A DNA stretch of 64,000 nucleotides from contig JBHHZD010000001.1 of NCBI GenBank assembly GCA_046757885.1, positions 53,587-117,586 of the forward strand, in the 5' to 3' direction. The stretch's first letter is position 1, and each line of letters starts with the position of its first letter. The notes under the pieces were generated by a model. That model ran no database searches. It was not told the origin of the DNA and worked only from the letters and a program-made list of their open reading frames with translations. Shown here piece after piece: positions 25,998 to 35,809 of the stretch. The DNA comes from Gemmatimonadota bacterium. GTDB taxonomy: Bacteria > Gemmatimonadota > Gemmatimonadetes > Palauibacterales > Palauibacteraceae. Both the position numbers and the translations under genes were made by a program.

Positions 25998-27452
25998 GTG
26001 CGACGTGGCCGCGACGTGGCGGCCATCGCGGCCGAGGGCTCCGGCAAGCGCATCCTGTACGCCTTCGCGGCCCTCGAGCGGGGCGAGAGGGGCGGCGGCC
26101 TGCAGGCGCTCGTGCTCTGCCCGACGCGCGAGGAGGCCCTGCGGACGACGGAGGCCGTGCAGGCCCTGGGCGGGCCCAGCGGGGCGCGGGCGCTCGCGTT
26201 CCGGGCTCCGGACGAAGGCACCCCGGCCTCCTCGCCGCCGCACGAGGTCCTGGCCGCGCGGCCGGCCGCCCTTCTCCCGGAGATCCGGGCCGGCCGGCTC
26301 TCGCTCGATGCCCTGCGGCTCCTCGTCATCGACGGCGTCGCCGTCCTGCGGGCGCTCGGCCAGTGGGCCCCCGTCGAGGCCGTGCTGGACACGCTCGCCT
26401 CCGGCACGCAGAAGATCCTCGTCACCGATCGCGTGGATGACGATCTCGCCGACCTCCTGAAGCGTCAGGCGAGTCGGGCGCGACGCTGGCCCGAGGAGCT
26501 GTTCGCACACGCATCGGCCGAAGACGCTCCGGCCGAGCCCGTGAGCCTCTCCGTCGGCCTGGGCTCGAGCCGGGCTCGCAGACTCGACCTGCTCGAGGAC
26601 CTGCTGCGCGGGGAGATGCGCGGTCCGGCGCTCGTCGTGTGCCGGGAGGGCGAGGACCCGCGGAGCCTCCGGGCGACGCTCGAGGCGCGCGGTCTGGATT
26701 CCCGGGAGGGCGCGACCACAGAGGCCGGCGAGCTGCGCGTGGCGGCCGAGGGAGAGGAGGCGGAGGTGGACGCGGGCGGCATCGCGAGCCTCGTCCTGTT
26801 CGGCCTGCCGGCCCGGCCGGGCCCGGCGGATGCGCTCGTCCGCGCGGCGCGGTCGGCGGCGGCGATCGTGGACACGGCGCACGCTCGACAGCTCGAGCTG
26901 CAGGCGGCGCGCCGGGCGTGGCACCTCAGGCCGATCGTGACGCCCCCGCCCGAGGAGGCCCTCGAGCCCATCGCCTCGTACCGCCAGTCCGTTCGCCGCG
27001 CCATCGACCTGGCGGAAGCGACGGCCGAGATGCTCGTCCTGGAGCCGCTGTTCGAGGAGTTCGGCGCACCCCGCGTCGCGGCCGCGGTGTCGGCCCTGCA
27101 CCGCAGATCCGTCCGCGAGCCGGGCGTCGCCCGGCCCTGGGCCGACCTCGAGGCCGCCCTGGACAGGGACGCGCCCGCGGCCCATGGAGGAAGGGACCGG
27201 GGCCTCCGGGGCGCCTGGGCGCGCCTGTGGGTGGGCGCCGGGCGCCGGGACGACGTGAGACCCGCCGATCTCGTCGGGGCGATCACCGGCGAGACGGGCG
27301 CCGTGGGCGGTCAGATCGGCAAGATCGACATCCGTGGCAGCTTCTCGCTCGTCGATGTCGACGCCGGGATCGCCGAGCGCGTCATCGCGCGTCTCGACGG
27401 CGCCTCCATCCGGGGACGACAGGTGCGCGTGCGCCTCGACAGGGAGAGCTGA
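25998..27452 (+). CDS. DEAD-box/DbpA-like RNA helicase homolog with degenerate catalytic motifs and an intact C-terminal DbpA-type RNA-binding domain
   Basis: Motif I is AEGSGKR (T to R). Motif Ia is PTREEA. Motif II is VIDGVA instead of DEAD. Motif III SGT is present. No recognisable motif VI. The C-terminal DbpA RBD is present (GKIDIRGSFSLVDVD...GRQVRVRLD). The start is uncertain (GTG at 25998; in-frame upstream LPGLGFTAEPEILAELGQA looks helicase-like but has no PTPIQ). Confidence 0.65.
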   Translation: MRRGRDVAAIAAEGSGKRILYAFAALERGERGGGLQALVLCPTREEALRTTEAVQALGGPSGARALAFRAPDEGTPASSPPHEVLAARPAALLPEIRAGRLSLDALRLLVIDGVAVLRALGQWAPVEAVLDTLASGTQKILVTDRVDDDLADLLKRQASRARRWPEELFAHASAEDAPAEPVSLSVGLGSSRARRLDLLEDLLRGEMRGPALVVCREGEDPRSLRATLEARGLDSREGATTEAGELRVAAEGEEAEVDAGGIASLVLFGLPARPGPADALVRAARSAAAIVDTAHARQLELQAARRAWHLRPIVTPPPEEALEPIASYRQSVRRAIDLAEATAEMLVLEPLFEEFGAPRVAAAVSALHRRSVREPGVARPWADLEAALDRDAPAAHGGRDRGLRGAWARLWVGAGRRDDVRPADLVGAITGETGAVGGQIGKIDIRGSFSLVDVDAGIAERVIARLDGASIRGRQVRVRLDRES

Positions 27453-27463
27453 CGGAAGGGGCG

Positions 27464-28477
27464 ATGCGCGAATTCCTGCGCCGCTTCGCGGGCGTGCTCG
27501 CCCTCGTCGTCATCCTCGTCGTCGTCGGCACGGCCGGCTTTCAGCGCTTTCCGGGCTGGAGCCTCTCGGACGCCCTCTACATGACCCTGATCACGCTCAC
27601 GGCCGTGGGCTATCAGGAGGTGCACCCGCTGACGGACGGGGGGCGCATGCTCGCGGGTTTCCTCGTGGCCGGAGGCATCACCGCCATCGGGCTCTGGTTC
27701 GCTCTTCTCACGTCCGCGCTCGTCGAGATGGATCTGGCTCACGTCTTCAGGACCCGGCGCACCATGAAAGAGATCGGGAAGCTTCGGAATCACATCCTCG
27801 TGTGCGGAGCGGGCCGGACGGGCCGGCAGGTGATCCGCGAGTTCGAGGAGGCGGAGGTGGAGTACGTCGTCATCGAGAACCGTCCGGAGCGCGCGGCTCA
27901 GCTGCGCGAGACCTGCCCCCGGGCCCACGTGCTGGAAGCCGACGCGACGCGCGACGAGGCCCTCGTGGACGCCGGGATCAGAGCCGCCCGCGGCCTCGTG
28001 GCCTGCCTGAGCGGCGACACGGACAATCTCTTCGTCTGCCTCAGCGCGCGGGATCTCCAGCCCGACCTCACGATCGTGGCCCGGGCGTACGACGAAGAGA
28101 CCCTGAAGAAGCTCTACAAGGCCGGGGCCGACCACGTCGTGAGCCCCAACCTCACGGGGGGCAGCCGGATGGCTTCGATGCTCCTCCGGCCCGAGGTCAT
28201 CAGCTTCCTGGACGTGGTGACGCGCGGAGACGGCCTCACGCTGCGGCTCGAGCAGGTCCCGATCGCGGACCCCTCGGAGCTCTCGGGCCGGACGCTGGCC
28301 GAGGCTCGGATTCCCCAGCGAACCGGGCTCATCGTGATCGCCGTGCGGCGGGCCGCGGCCCGCGACGGCTTCGAGTACAACCCGGGGCCGGACGAGGTCT
28401 TGCGGAGCGGAGACGTCCTCGTCGTGCTCGGGACTCCGGAGCAGGTGGGTCGGCTGAGGGATGTCGCGGCGGGATAG
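27464..28477 (+). CDS. Two-TM potassium-channel-family protein with RCK (TrkA-N) and TrkA-C domains; non-canonical selectivity filter
   Basis: Two TM helices flank the pore sequence TLTAVGYQEV (canonical is TxTTVGYGD). A Rossmann RCK follows (ILVCGAGRTGRQV) and then a TrkA-C domain. Confidence 0.75.
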   Translation: MREFLRRFAGVLALVVILVVVGTAGFQRFPGWSLSDALYMTLITLTAVGYQEVHPLTDGGRMLAGFLVAGGITAIGLWFALLTSALVEMDLAHVFRTRRTMKEIGKLRNHILVCGAGRTGRQVIREFEEAEVEYVVIENRPERAAQLRETCPRAHVLEADATRDEALVDAGIRAARGLVACLSGDTDNLFVCLSARDLQPDLTIVARAYDEETLKKLYKAGADHVVSPNLTGGSRMASMLLRPEVISFLDVVTRGDGLTLRLEQVPIADPSELSGRTLAEARIPQRTGLIVIAVRRAAARDGFEYNPGPDEVLRSGDVLVVLGTPEQVGRLRDVAAG

Positions 28478-28483
28478 GTCGGG

Positions 28484-29176
28484 TCAGGCCCCGTCCTCGC
28501 CATCCTCCCCTTCGGCGGCCATCCGCCGCTTGAGCTCCTCGAGCTGGAGATCCGCCATCTCGTCGCGATCCAGCGCCGGGCCGTCGTCCGGCTCCACCCA
28601 GCCGGGCCCCGGGCCGTCCAGCTCCCGCTCGACGTCGCTGCTCGCCTCCGCGAGGGCCTCCTCGCCCTCGATCTCCCGCTCCAGGCGCTCGAACTCGTCC
28701 ACGGCATCGGCGCCCTCGGCACGCAGGCTGCGGGTCGCCCGCGCGCGGCGCGCCTGGACGGACAGCGCATCTCGCCGGGCGATCGCGCTCTTGAGCTGGT
28801 CCGTCATGTCGGCGACCGTCGCCCTCTGGAGCCGGATCTCGGCGATCGCCGCATCCCGCTTCTGCTCCAGGACCTCGATCCGTGACCTGTGCGTGGCCGC
28901 GAAGCGCACGGCGACGTCCACGGTCTCCTCGTCCCCGATCTCGCGGGCCTGCCGCGCGCGTCGACCGCAGGCCTCCAGGCGGGCGCGCTCGGCGTCGAGG
29001 CTCTTCTCGAGCTTGCCGAGACCGGCCTCCAGCTCGGGGACCCGGGCCCGGGCCGCCACGAGCTCCTCCCGCATCGCGCGCAGGAGCTCCTCGACGTCTT
29101 CCTCGGGGCCTCGCCCGGACTTCTCCTCGAGCGCTCGCAGCGCATCGTCGATCGCCTGCTTGATTCGCCCGAACAT
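28484..29176 (-). CDS. pspA: PspA/IM30 family protein (phage-shock protein A-like)
   Basis: N-terminus MFGRIKQAIDDALRALEEK and a long coiled-coil are typical of PspA/Vipp1. Confidence 0.8.
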   Translation of the reverse strand: MFGRIKQAIDDALRALEEKSGRGPEEDVEELLRAMREELVAARARVPELEAGLGKLEKSLDAERARLEACGRRARQAREIGDEETVDVAVRFAATHRSRIEVLEQKRDAAIAEIRLQRATVADMTDQLKSAIARRDALSVQARRARATRSLRAEGADAVDEFERLEREIEGEEALAEASSDVERELDGPGPGWVEPDDGPALDRDEMADLQLEELKRRMAAEGEDGEDGA

Positions 29177-29187
29177 GTCGTTAGTCT

Positions 29188-29264
29188 AACCGGGCCGCCC
29201 GGTTTCCGTCCACCGGGCGAGGCCGCGCGGCCCCCGGTTGGAAGCCGTGCGGGGGGATCCCCCG
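29188..29264. promoter_or_regulatory. Cluster of perfect palindromes in the pspA/copA divergent intergenic: AACCGGGC-C-GCCCGGTT, GGCCGCGCGGCC and GGGGGATCCCCC, the last lying between TTGGAA and TAGGAA hexamers
   Basis: Seen directly in the sequence. The 8-bp-arm inverted repeat lies 12 nt upstream of the pspA start codon. The 12-bp GGGGGATCCCCC palindrome sits in a 22-24-bp spacer between -35-like TTGGAA and -10-like TAGGAA, about 50 nt upstream of copA. This architecture is reminiscent of MerR-type promoters. Confidence 0.3.
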
Positions 29265-29328
29265 GTGTAGGAAGAGGACGTATGGCGACGGCCGGGGCTC
29301 GCGTCGCGGATGCAAGGAGGTGCGGACC

Positions 29329-31635
29329 ATGGACGGCGAGAGCAGAACGCGAACCGTATACCGCGTCGAGGGCATGCACTGCGCCGGCTGCAGCGCGGCG
29401 GTGGAGCGCGCCCTGAACGCGCTGGACGGCGTCGAGGCCGCCGTCAGCCTGCCGGCCGAGACGGCGACCGTCACGGTGCGCAGAGACGGGATCGGATACG
29501 AGGCTCTCCGGGAAGCGGTTCGGGAGGCGGGCTACGAGCTGGAAGCGCCGGCGACGGACGCGACGGACCGGGCGGCCCGCGAGCGCGAGCGCCTGGAGAA
29601 GGACGCGCGACGGCTTCGGCTGGCCCGGCGGCGCATGTGGATCGCCTGGAGCCTGACGACCCCGATCGCCGTGTGGATGGTGCCGGAGATGTTCTTCGGC
29701 CTCCGCTGGCCGGGCCCGTTCGCGTTCGATCTCGGGATGCTCGTCCTGGCGCTCCCCGTCCTCCTCGGCCCGGGTCGCGAGACGATGGCGAGCGGACTCG
29801 TGTCTCTCAGGCGCCGCGCGCCGAACATGGATGCCCTCATCGCTCTCGGCAGCGGGGCGGCGGTGGCGACCGGGGTCGCCGCCGTGCTCTCGGAGTTCGG
29901 ACTCCTGCCCGCGCTGATGAACTACGCGGGCATCGGCGCGATGATCATGGCCATCCACCTCACGGGCCGGTACGTCGAATCCCGGGCCCGCGGACGGGCC
30001 TCCGCCGCCATCCAGAAGCTCCTGAGCCTGGAGGCGCGAACGGCGCGCATCGAGAGGGACGGAGAGGAGCGGGAGGTGCCGATCGCGGAGGTCGTCGTGG
30101 GCGACGTGATGGTCGTTCGGCCCGGGGAGAAGATCCCCACGGATGGTGTCGTGATCTCCGGACGCAGCGCCGTCGACGAGTCCCTCGCCACCGGAGAGTC
30201 CCTGCCGGTTCCGAAGGAGGAGGGGGACGCCGTGATCGGGGCCACCGTGAACGGCCGGGGTCTCCTGCGGGTCCGCGCGACGGGAGTCGGAGAGAACACG
30301 TTCCTGGCGAACGTCGTCCGCATGGTCGAGGAGGCGCAGGGGAGCAAGGTGCCCATCCAGGAGTTCGCGGATCGGGTCACGGCCGTGTTCGTGCCCGTCG
30401 TCCTCGGCATCGCGCTCGCTACGCTCGTGGCCCGGCTCGCGGCGCCCGACGCGTTCCTGCGCGTCGATCGCTGGGCCGCCGGCTTCCTGCCCTGGGTGCA
30501 GCCCGACCTCGGTCCCGTCTCGCTCGCCCTGTTCGCGACGCTGGCGGTGCTCGTCATCGCCTGCCCGTGCGCCCTCGGGCTCGCCACGCCCACCGCCCTC
30601 ATGGTCGGGACGGGCATGGGGGCGGAGACCGGCGTCCTCATCCGGGACGGCGCCGCGATCCAGACGCTGGAGAAGGCGGACGTCGTCGTGTTCGACAAGA
30701 CGGGCACGGTCACGAAGGGAGAGCCGGAGGTGACGGATGTCCGGACCCTCGACGGGCGCGGGGACGAGGAGCTGCTGGCCCTGGCGGCCTCGCTCGAGAC
30801 GGCCTCCGAGCACCCCCTCGCCGCCGCCGTCACGCGGGCGGCCGCCGAGCGAGGCCTGCGAGTCGAGCCCGTCGAGGGCTTCGAGGCCCGGCCCGGGCTC
30901 GGCGTGACCGGCCGGGTGGGCGGGCGCGACGTGGTCATCGGCAGCGAGCGCCTGTTCGCCGAGGAGGGGATCTCCGCCGCGCACCTGACGTCCGAGGCCG
31001 ACCGACTGGAGGGGGAGGCGCGCACCGTGATGCGCATCGCCATCGACGGTCGCGAGGCGGGCCTGCTCGCGGTCGCGGACCGGATCAAGGAGGGCAGCGC
31101 GGAGGCGATCGCCGAGCTCCGGTCGCTGGGCCTGGAGCCCGCCCTGCTGACGGGCGACAACGAGCGGACGGCGGCCGCCGTCGGCCAGGCGGTGGGCATC
31201 GGCCGCGGGCACGCGGGCCTGCTTCCGGAGGGGAAGGTCGAGATCATCCGCGCCCTGCAGGAAGAGGGACACGTCGTGGCCATGGTCGGCGACGGGATCA
31301 ACGACGCCCCTTCCCTCAAGCAGGCCGATGTGGGGCTGGCGATCGGAACGGGAACGGACATCGCGATCGAGGCGGGCGACATGACCCTGGTACAGGGAAA
31401 CCTGCGGGCCGTCGTGCGGGCCGTCCGGCTCGCCCGCGCGACGTTCTCGAAGATCCGGCAGAACCTGTTCTGGGCCTACTTCTACAACACGATCGCGATC
31501 CCCGTCGCCGTGCTCGGCTTCCTGCACCCCGTCCTCGCGGAGGGGGCGATGGCCGGAAGCTCGATCACGGTCGTGTTCAACGCGAACCGCCTGCGGCGGG
31601 CCGATCTGGGGACCCCGCGGGCTCCGGGGGCGTGA
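29329..31635 (+). CDS. copA: Copper-translocating P1B-type ATPase
   Basis: N-terminal HMA domain GMHCAGC. Motifs TGES, CPC ([11 protein letters not shown]), DKTGT and GDGINDAP are present. RBS AAGGAGG sits 9 nt upstream of the ATG. Confidence 0.9.
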   Translation: MDGESRTRTVYRVEGMHCAGCSAAVERALNALDGVEAAVSLPAETATVTVRRDGIGYEALREAVREAGYELEAPATDATDRAARERERLEKDARRLRLARRRMWIAWSLTTPIAVWMVPEMFFGLRWPGPFAFDLGMLVLALPVLLGPGRETMASGLVSLRRRAPNMDALIALGSGAAVATGVAAVLSEFGLLPALMNYAGIGAMIMAIHLTGRYVESRARGRASAAIQKLLSLEARTARIERDGEEREVPIAEVVVGDVMVVRPGEKIPTDGVVISGRSAVDESLATGESLPVPKEEGDAVIGATVNGRGLLRVRATGVGENTFLANVVRMVEEAQGSKVPIQEFADRVTAVFVPVVLGIALATLVARLAAPDAFLRVDRWAAGFLPWVQPDLGPVSLALFATLAVLVIACPCALGLATPTALMVGTGMGAETGVLIRDGAAIQTLEKADVVVFDKTGTVTKGEPEVTDVRTLDGRGDEELLALAASLETASEHPLAAAVTRAAAERGLRVEPVEGFEARPGLGVTGRVGGRDVVIGSERLFAEEGISAAHLTSEADRLEGEARTVMRIAIDGREAGLLAVADRIKEGSAEAIAELRSLGLEPALLTGDNERTAAAVGQAVGIGRGHAGLLPEGKVEIIRALQEEGHVVAMVGDGINDAPSLKQADVGLAIGTGTDIAIEAGDMTLVQGNLRAVVRAVRLARATFSKIRQNLFWAYFYNTIAIPVAVLGFLHPVLAEGAMAGSSITVVFNANRLRRADLGTPRAPGA

Positions 31636-31641
31636 GGGGCG

Positions 31642-32439
31642 TCAGTTCGTCCCCGTGACCTGTCGGGCCCGCTCGGCCTCGCTCTCGAGAAGCGTGTCGT
31701 GGGCCTCGTACTCCGGACGGCCCGAGGCGAGCCCCGCCGGCAGGCCGGCGAGGAAGCGGGCGTAGTAGCGCGCGCGTCCCTCCTCGTCCCCCGCCGCCTC
31801 GGCGGCCCGGGCGGCCACGATGAGCGCGAGCAGGTGGTCGGGACTCAGCGCGAGCATTGAGTCGGCCGCGCTCCGCGCTCCCTCCAGGTCTCCGAGCTCC
31901 AGCCGCAGGAGGCCGACGTGGAAGCGGGCGTCGAGGTCGTAGTCGGCTTCCCCCACCCGGCCGTACGCGTCCGCCGCCATCTTCGCGAAGAACGAGGCCC
32001 TCTCCGCATCGCCGGATTCGGAGGCCGTCATCGCCCGATCGAACAGGCGGTCCGCCGCCTCGCGCGGGGACATCGCCGCGAGCTCCGCCGCCGTCGGCAT
32101 CCCGCCGGCCGGGGCTCCCCCTTCCGCCGTCGGGCTCGGGATGACCCCGCCGGTCGGCGGCATGTCGCCGAAGCGGGGCGCCGCCTGTCCGCGCACGAAG
32201 AGGCTGATCGCCACCGCGAACGCGACGAGCGCGAGGCCGGAGAGCACCCAGGGCAGGTAGGCCACGGCGGGCTTCGTCGGTCGCGCGCCGACCGCCGCGC
32301 CGCACTCGCCGCAGAAGCGGGCCCCCGGGCTGAGCGCGGACCCGCAGGAGGCGCAGGCCCGCTCTCCGCCGCCGAGCGACTCGCCGCAGTGAGAGCAGTA
32401 CTTGCCGGAGCTTTCTCTTCCGCACGACGCACACCGCAT
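31642..32439 (-). CDS. Double zinc-ribbon membrane protein with a C-terminal helical (TPR-like) region
   Basis: MRCASCGRESSGKYCSHCG...CASCGSALSPGARFCGECG, then a TM helix. RBS GGAGAGAGGAGG precedes the start. Confidence 0.55.
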   Translation of the reverse strand: MRCASCGRESSGKYCSHCGESLGGGERACASCGSALSPGARFCGECGAAVGARPTKPAVAYLPWVLSGLALVAFAVAISLFVRGQAAPRFGDMPPTGGVIPSPTAEGGAPAGGMPTAAELAAMSPREAADRLFDRAMTASESGDAERASFFAKMAADAYGRVGEADYDLDARFHVGLLRLELGDLEGARSAADSMLALSPDHLLALIVAARAAEAAGDEEGRARYYARFLAGLPAGLASGRPEYEAHDTLLESEAERARQVTGTN

Positions 32440-32497
32440 GCTCTTCGCCTCCTCTCTCCGCTCCAGGTCTGCCGGTCCGGCCTGACGATGAGTCCGT

Positions 32498-33700
32498 CTA
32501 CGCGCCATACTTCGAGAGCCGGCCGGCCCGGGCGACCGCGAGCGGCATGAGCTCGCAGCCCCGCACTCGCCCGAGCGACCCGGTCGCGCAGGCCGACTCG
32601 CCGAACTCCGTGGCCGTGTCCACCCGTCCCGCCCCGCCATGCAGGAGGAACGGGACGGGATGCCAGCTGTGCCCCCGCAGGCGCGCCGGCGTCGAGTGAT
32701 CGCCGGTCACGAGGACGATGCCCGGCGACGCGGCGAGAAGCCGCGGAACTTGGCGGTCCACTTCCTCGATGATCGCAACCTTCCGGTCGAAATCGCCGTC
32801 CTCGCCCGCCTTGTCCGTCCCCTTCACGTGAAGGAAGACGAAATCGTAGTCGGAGGCGCGCGCCTCCAGCGTGTCGGCGAGCGCGGCGATCGGCTCGGGC
32901 ACGGCCTCCGCGTCCATGCCGACGAGACGCGCGACCCCGCGGTACATCGGGTACGCCGCGACAGCGAGCGACCGCATGCCGAACACGTCCGGAAATCGGG
33001 GCCACTGCGGCCGGGTCGAGAAGCCCCTGAGGAGCACCATGTTCGCGCGCTCCCGTCCGGCGAGGGCGTCCGGAACCCGGGCCACCCATTCCCGCACGAT
33101 GCGCGCCACGGGCTCGGCCTCGGGAGAGCGCGCGGACGGCGGGAGCGGAGGCAGGCCCGTGCGGCCCGGGTCCGTGTCCGCCACGTCGGCCGACGAACCG
33201 CTCTCGGGCCGGACCACGAGGAGGAACCGGTGCTCCTTCACCGGCCGCACGAAGATGGAGCCCCCCTCGACCTCGATGGCCCCGAGCGCCTCGCACACGG
33301 GCGCCGCGTCCTCGGTCGCGATCCGACCCGCCCGCCGGTCCGCCACGTCCCCGGCGCCATCCACGGTGCAGAGATTCCCCCGCGCCGCGACGTCGCCGGG
33401 ACGCAGATCGAAATCGACGCCGAGCGCCTCGAGCACCCCACGGCCGATCCGGTAGCGGAGCGGATCGAATCCGAACAGGGCGAGGTGCCCGGGTCCGCTG
33501 CCCGGCGTGACGCCGGGCGCGACGGGCGTGTGCAGGCCGCAGCCGCCCCGGACGAGCGCATCCAGATTCGGCGTGCGAGCCGACTCCAGCTCCGTGCGTC
33601 CGCCCCCTTCCGCCGGGAGCCCTCCGAGGCCGTCCAGGACGAGAAGCAGGACCCTCTCCCCGTCGGGAAGGGAAAGATCGGCCAGGTCTTCGAGTCGCAC
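32498..33700 (-). CDS. apgM: Cofactor-independent phosphoglycerate mutase, archaeal type (ApgM family)
   Basis: LLLVLDGLGG, TPNLDAL, VTGDHSTP and GHSWHPVPFLL motifs. The GTG start at 33700 follows GGAGG (MRLEDLADLSLPDGER). The track ORF is longer and R-rich. Confidence 0.8.
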   Translation of the reverse strand: MRLEDLADLSLPDGERVLLLVLDGLGGLPAEGGGRTELESARTPNLDALVRGGCGLHTPVAPGVTPGSGPGHLALFGFDPLRYRIGRGVLEALGVDFDLRPGDVAARGNLCTVDGAGDVADRRAGRIATEDAAPVCEALGAIEVEGGSIFVRPVKEHRFLLVVRPESGSSADVADTDPGRTGLPPLPPSARSPEAEPVARIVREWVARVPDALAGRERANMVLLRGFSTRPQWPRFPDVFGMRSLAVAAYPMYRGVARLVGMDAEAVPEPIAALADTLEARASDYDFVFLHVKGTDKAGEDGDFDRKVAIIEEVDRQVPRLLAASPGIVLVTGDHSTPARLRGHSWHPVPFLLHGGAGRVDTATEFGESACATGSLGRVRGCELMPLAVARAGRLSKYGA

Positions 33701-33927
33701 GTTCGCCTCCGCTCCGCTCTGTCGTGGTCGACCGGCGCAAGCTACGTCGGGTCGCGCGCTCGTCCAACCCGCCCGGGATCGGGCGGACGACATCCGGGTA
33801 TCCGGGGGCCCGGCTTGCGGAGGCGCACGCCGGATGGCATTACCCCCAGCGGTGTCGACCGACGGCCGGCGCCGATATCGACCGGCGAGGTCCGCCTCGT
33901 GCGGAGACACACTTTCGGAGGAGTCGC

Positions 33928-34446
33928 ATGAACGCCGCGCGAAGCCGCCTCGCCCTCATCCCCATCCTCGCCCTCGCCCTCGGTTGCGGAGGGGGCATGA
34001 GTCCGGGCATCCGTCAGGGACCCTCCGATCAGGCGGTCACCAGTAGCTACGGGGCCACGCCCGACTCCGTCATCACGCGGGTGTGGGAGGTCCTGCGGGG
34101 AGATGGCGTCCTGTCGAGGTCGTTCGAGCGATCCCCCTCGGACTCCTCCAACGTCGCCCACCTGGAGTCGGACTGGGTCTTCATCCCCAACGTCCTCGCG
34201 TCCGCCACGTTCGGACACCTGTCGGACAACGAGAAATGGGTGAAGCTCCTGTTCTGGGCGATGCCGGAGCGAGGCGGCACGAAGCTGTACATGGACGTCC
34301 TCTACAGCCCGCTCGATCCGCCCACCGAGCCCGTGAACTGGACCCGCCTGCGGCCGATCCCCGGCGCTCACCCGGCGTGGGCGTACGTCGAGGTCGTGAT
34401 GACGGGAATCAATCGCCGGCTCGGCGTGGAGCAGGAGAGCGGGTGA
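33928..34446 (+). CDS. Hypothetical lipoprotein, translationally coupled to ccmA
   Basis: MNAARSRLALIPILALALGCGG is a lipoprotein signal with lipobox LALGC. RBS GGAGG is upstream. Its stop overlaps the ccmA GTG (GTGA). Confidence 0.5.
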   Translation: MNAARSRLALIPILALALGCGGGMSPGIRQGPSDQAVTSSYGATPDSVITRVWEVLRGDGVLSRSFERSPSDSSNVAHLESDWVFIPNVLASATFGHLSDNEKWVKLLFWAMPERGGTKLYMDVLYSPLDPPTEPVNWTRLRPIPGAHPAWAYVEVVMTGINRRLGVEQESG

Positions 34447-35135
34447 GCCCCGACCCGTCCGCGGATCACGGACCTGCCGTCGCCCTTCGGGGGATCTCGA
34501 AGCGCTTCGGCTGGAACTGGGCCCTTCGGGACGTCGGCCTCGTCGTCGAGCGCGGCACGACGGTCGGGCTCGTGGGGCCCAACGGGGCCGGGAAGACGAC
34601 CCTCCTGAAGCTTCTCGCGACCCTCATCCGCCCGACGGGCGGAGAAGGCGAGGTGCTCGGCCGGGCGCTGCGGCGAGAGGCGGATCGCATCCGGGGGAGC
34701 GTCGCCTTCCTCACGGGTCAGGGGTATCTGTACGGGGACCTCACGGCGGCCGAGAATCTCCGTTTCACGGCCCGCATGACGGGCCGGAGCGCCGATCGGG
34801 ATCGTGATCTGGCCCTGCTCGAGCGCGTGGGGCTCGCGGACGTCGCCGACCGCAGGCTGCGCGCGTTCTCGACCGGGATGCGCAAGCGCCTCGCCCTCGC
34901 CCAGCTCCTCCTCCGGGACCGGGAGCTCGTGCTCATGGACGAGCCCTATTCCGGGCTGGACGCCCAGGGCGTCGCGCTCGTCGACGAGATCGTGCGCGAG
35001 CTCCACGGCGACGGCAGCACCATCATCATCGCCTCCCACCAGCAGGGGGAGGCGATGCGGAGCGCCGGCCACACGGTCGTCCTTCGGGACGGAATGGCCA
35101 CCGTCGAGCCGGGGATGGGACGAAACGACCCATGA
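34443..35135 (+). CDS. ccmA: Heme exporter ATP-binding protein CcmA
   Basis: ABC ATPase with Walker A GPNGAGKTT, signature FSTGMRKRL and Walker B LVLMDEP. It is first in the ccm operon order. Confidence 0.8.
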   Translation: MSPDPSADHGPAVALRGISKRFGWNWALRDVGLVVERGTTVGLVGPNGAGKTTLLKLLATLIRPTGGEGEVLGRALRREADRIRGSVAFLTGQGYLYGDLTAAENLRFTARMTGRSADRDRDLALLERVGLADVADRRLRAFSTGMRKRLALAQLLLRDRELVLMDEPYSGLDAQGVALVDEIVRELHGDGSTIIIASHQQGEAMRSAGHTVVLRDGMATVEPGMGRNDP

Positions 35136-35809
35136 GCTCTCCGTCCCGCGTCGCCGCGATCGTCTGGAAGGACCTTCTCATCGAGGCCCGGACGAAGCAG
35201 AGCTTCAACGCGATGCTGTTCTTCGCCGCGCTCGTGCTGTTCATCTTCAGCTTCGCCATCGGCCCGGACACGGAGCTCCTGCGGCGGGTCGCGGGCGGCC
35301 TCCTGTGGGTCGGGATCGCGTTCACGGGCATCCTGTCGCTGAGCCGCACGTACCAGAGCGAGGAGACGAGCGGAGGACTCGAGGGCCTGCGGCTCTACCC
35401 GGGCGACGTGCGCGTCGTTTACCTGGGCAAGCTCATCGGAAACCTCATCCTCCTCCTGCTCGTCGAGGCCATCCTGTTTCCCGCCGCCGCGGTCCTCTTC
35501 CAGCTCGAGCTCTGGCCTCACGCGGCGCCGCTCGCGGCCATCGCGCTCCTGGGCACGGTGGGCTTCTCCGTCATCGGAACCTTCTACGCCGGTCTCACCG
35601 TGCACCTGCGCGCCCGGGAGGTCATGCTTCCCCTCCTCCTGTTCCCGGCGCTGGTCCCGGTCTTGCTTGGCGCTGTGAATGCGACCTCGCTCGTGCTGGG
35701 CGGGGACCCGACGGGCCAGATCGGCCCCTGGGTTCGACTCCTGATCGCGTTCGACGTTATCTTTTTCGTCGTGTGCACGTGGATCTTCCCGATCGCACTG
35801 GAGGAATAG
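35132..35809 (+). CDS. ccmB: Heme exporter membrane protein CcmB
   Basis: Polytopic protein of 225 aa, in the CcmB position between ccmA and ccmC. The ATG overlaps the ccmA stop. Confidence 0.85.
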   Translation: MSSPSRVAAIVWKDLLIEARTKQSFNAMLFFAALVLFIFSFAIGPDTELLRRVAGGLLWVGIAFTGILSLSRTYQSEETSGGLEGLRLYPGDVRVVYLGKLIGNLILLLLVEAILFPAAAVLFQLELWPHAAPLAAIALLGTVGFSVIGTFYAGLTVHLRAREVMLPLLLFPALVPVLLGAVNATSLVLGGDPTGQIGPWVRLLIAFDVIFFVVCTWIFPIALEE

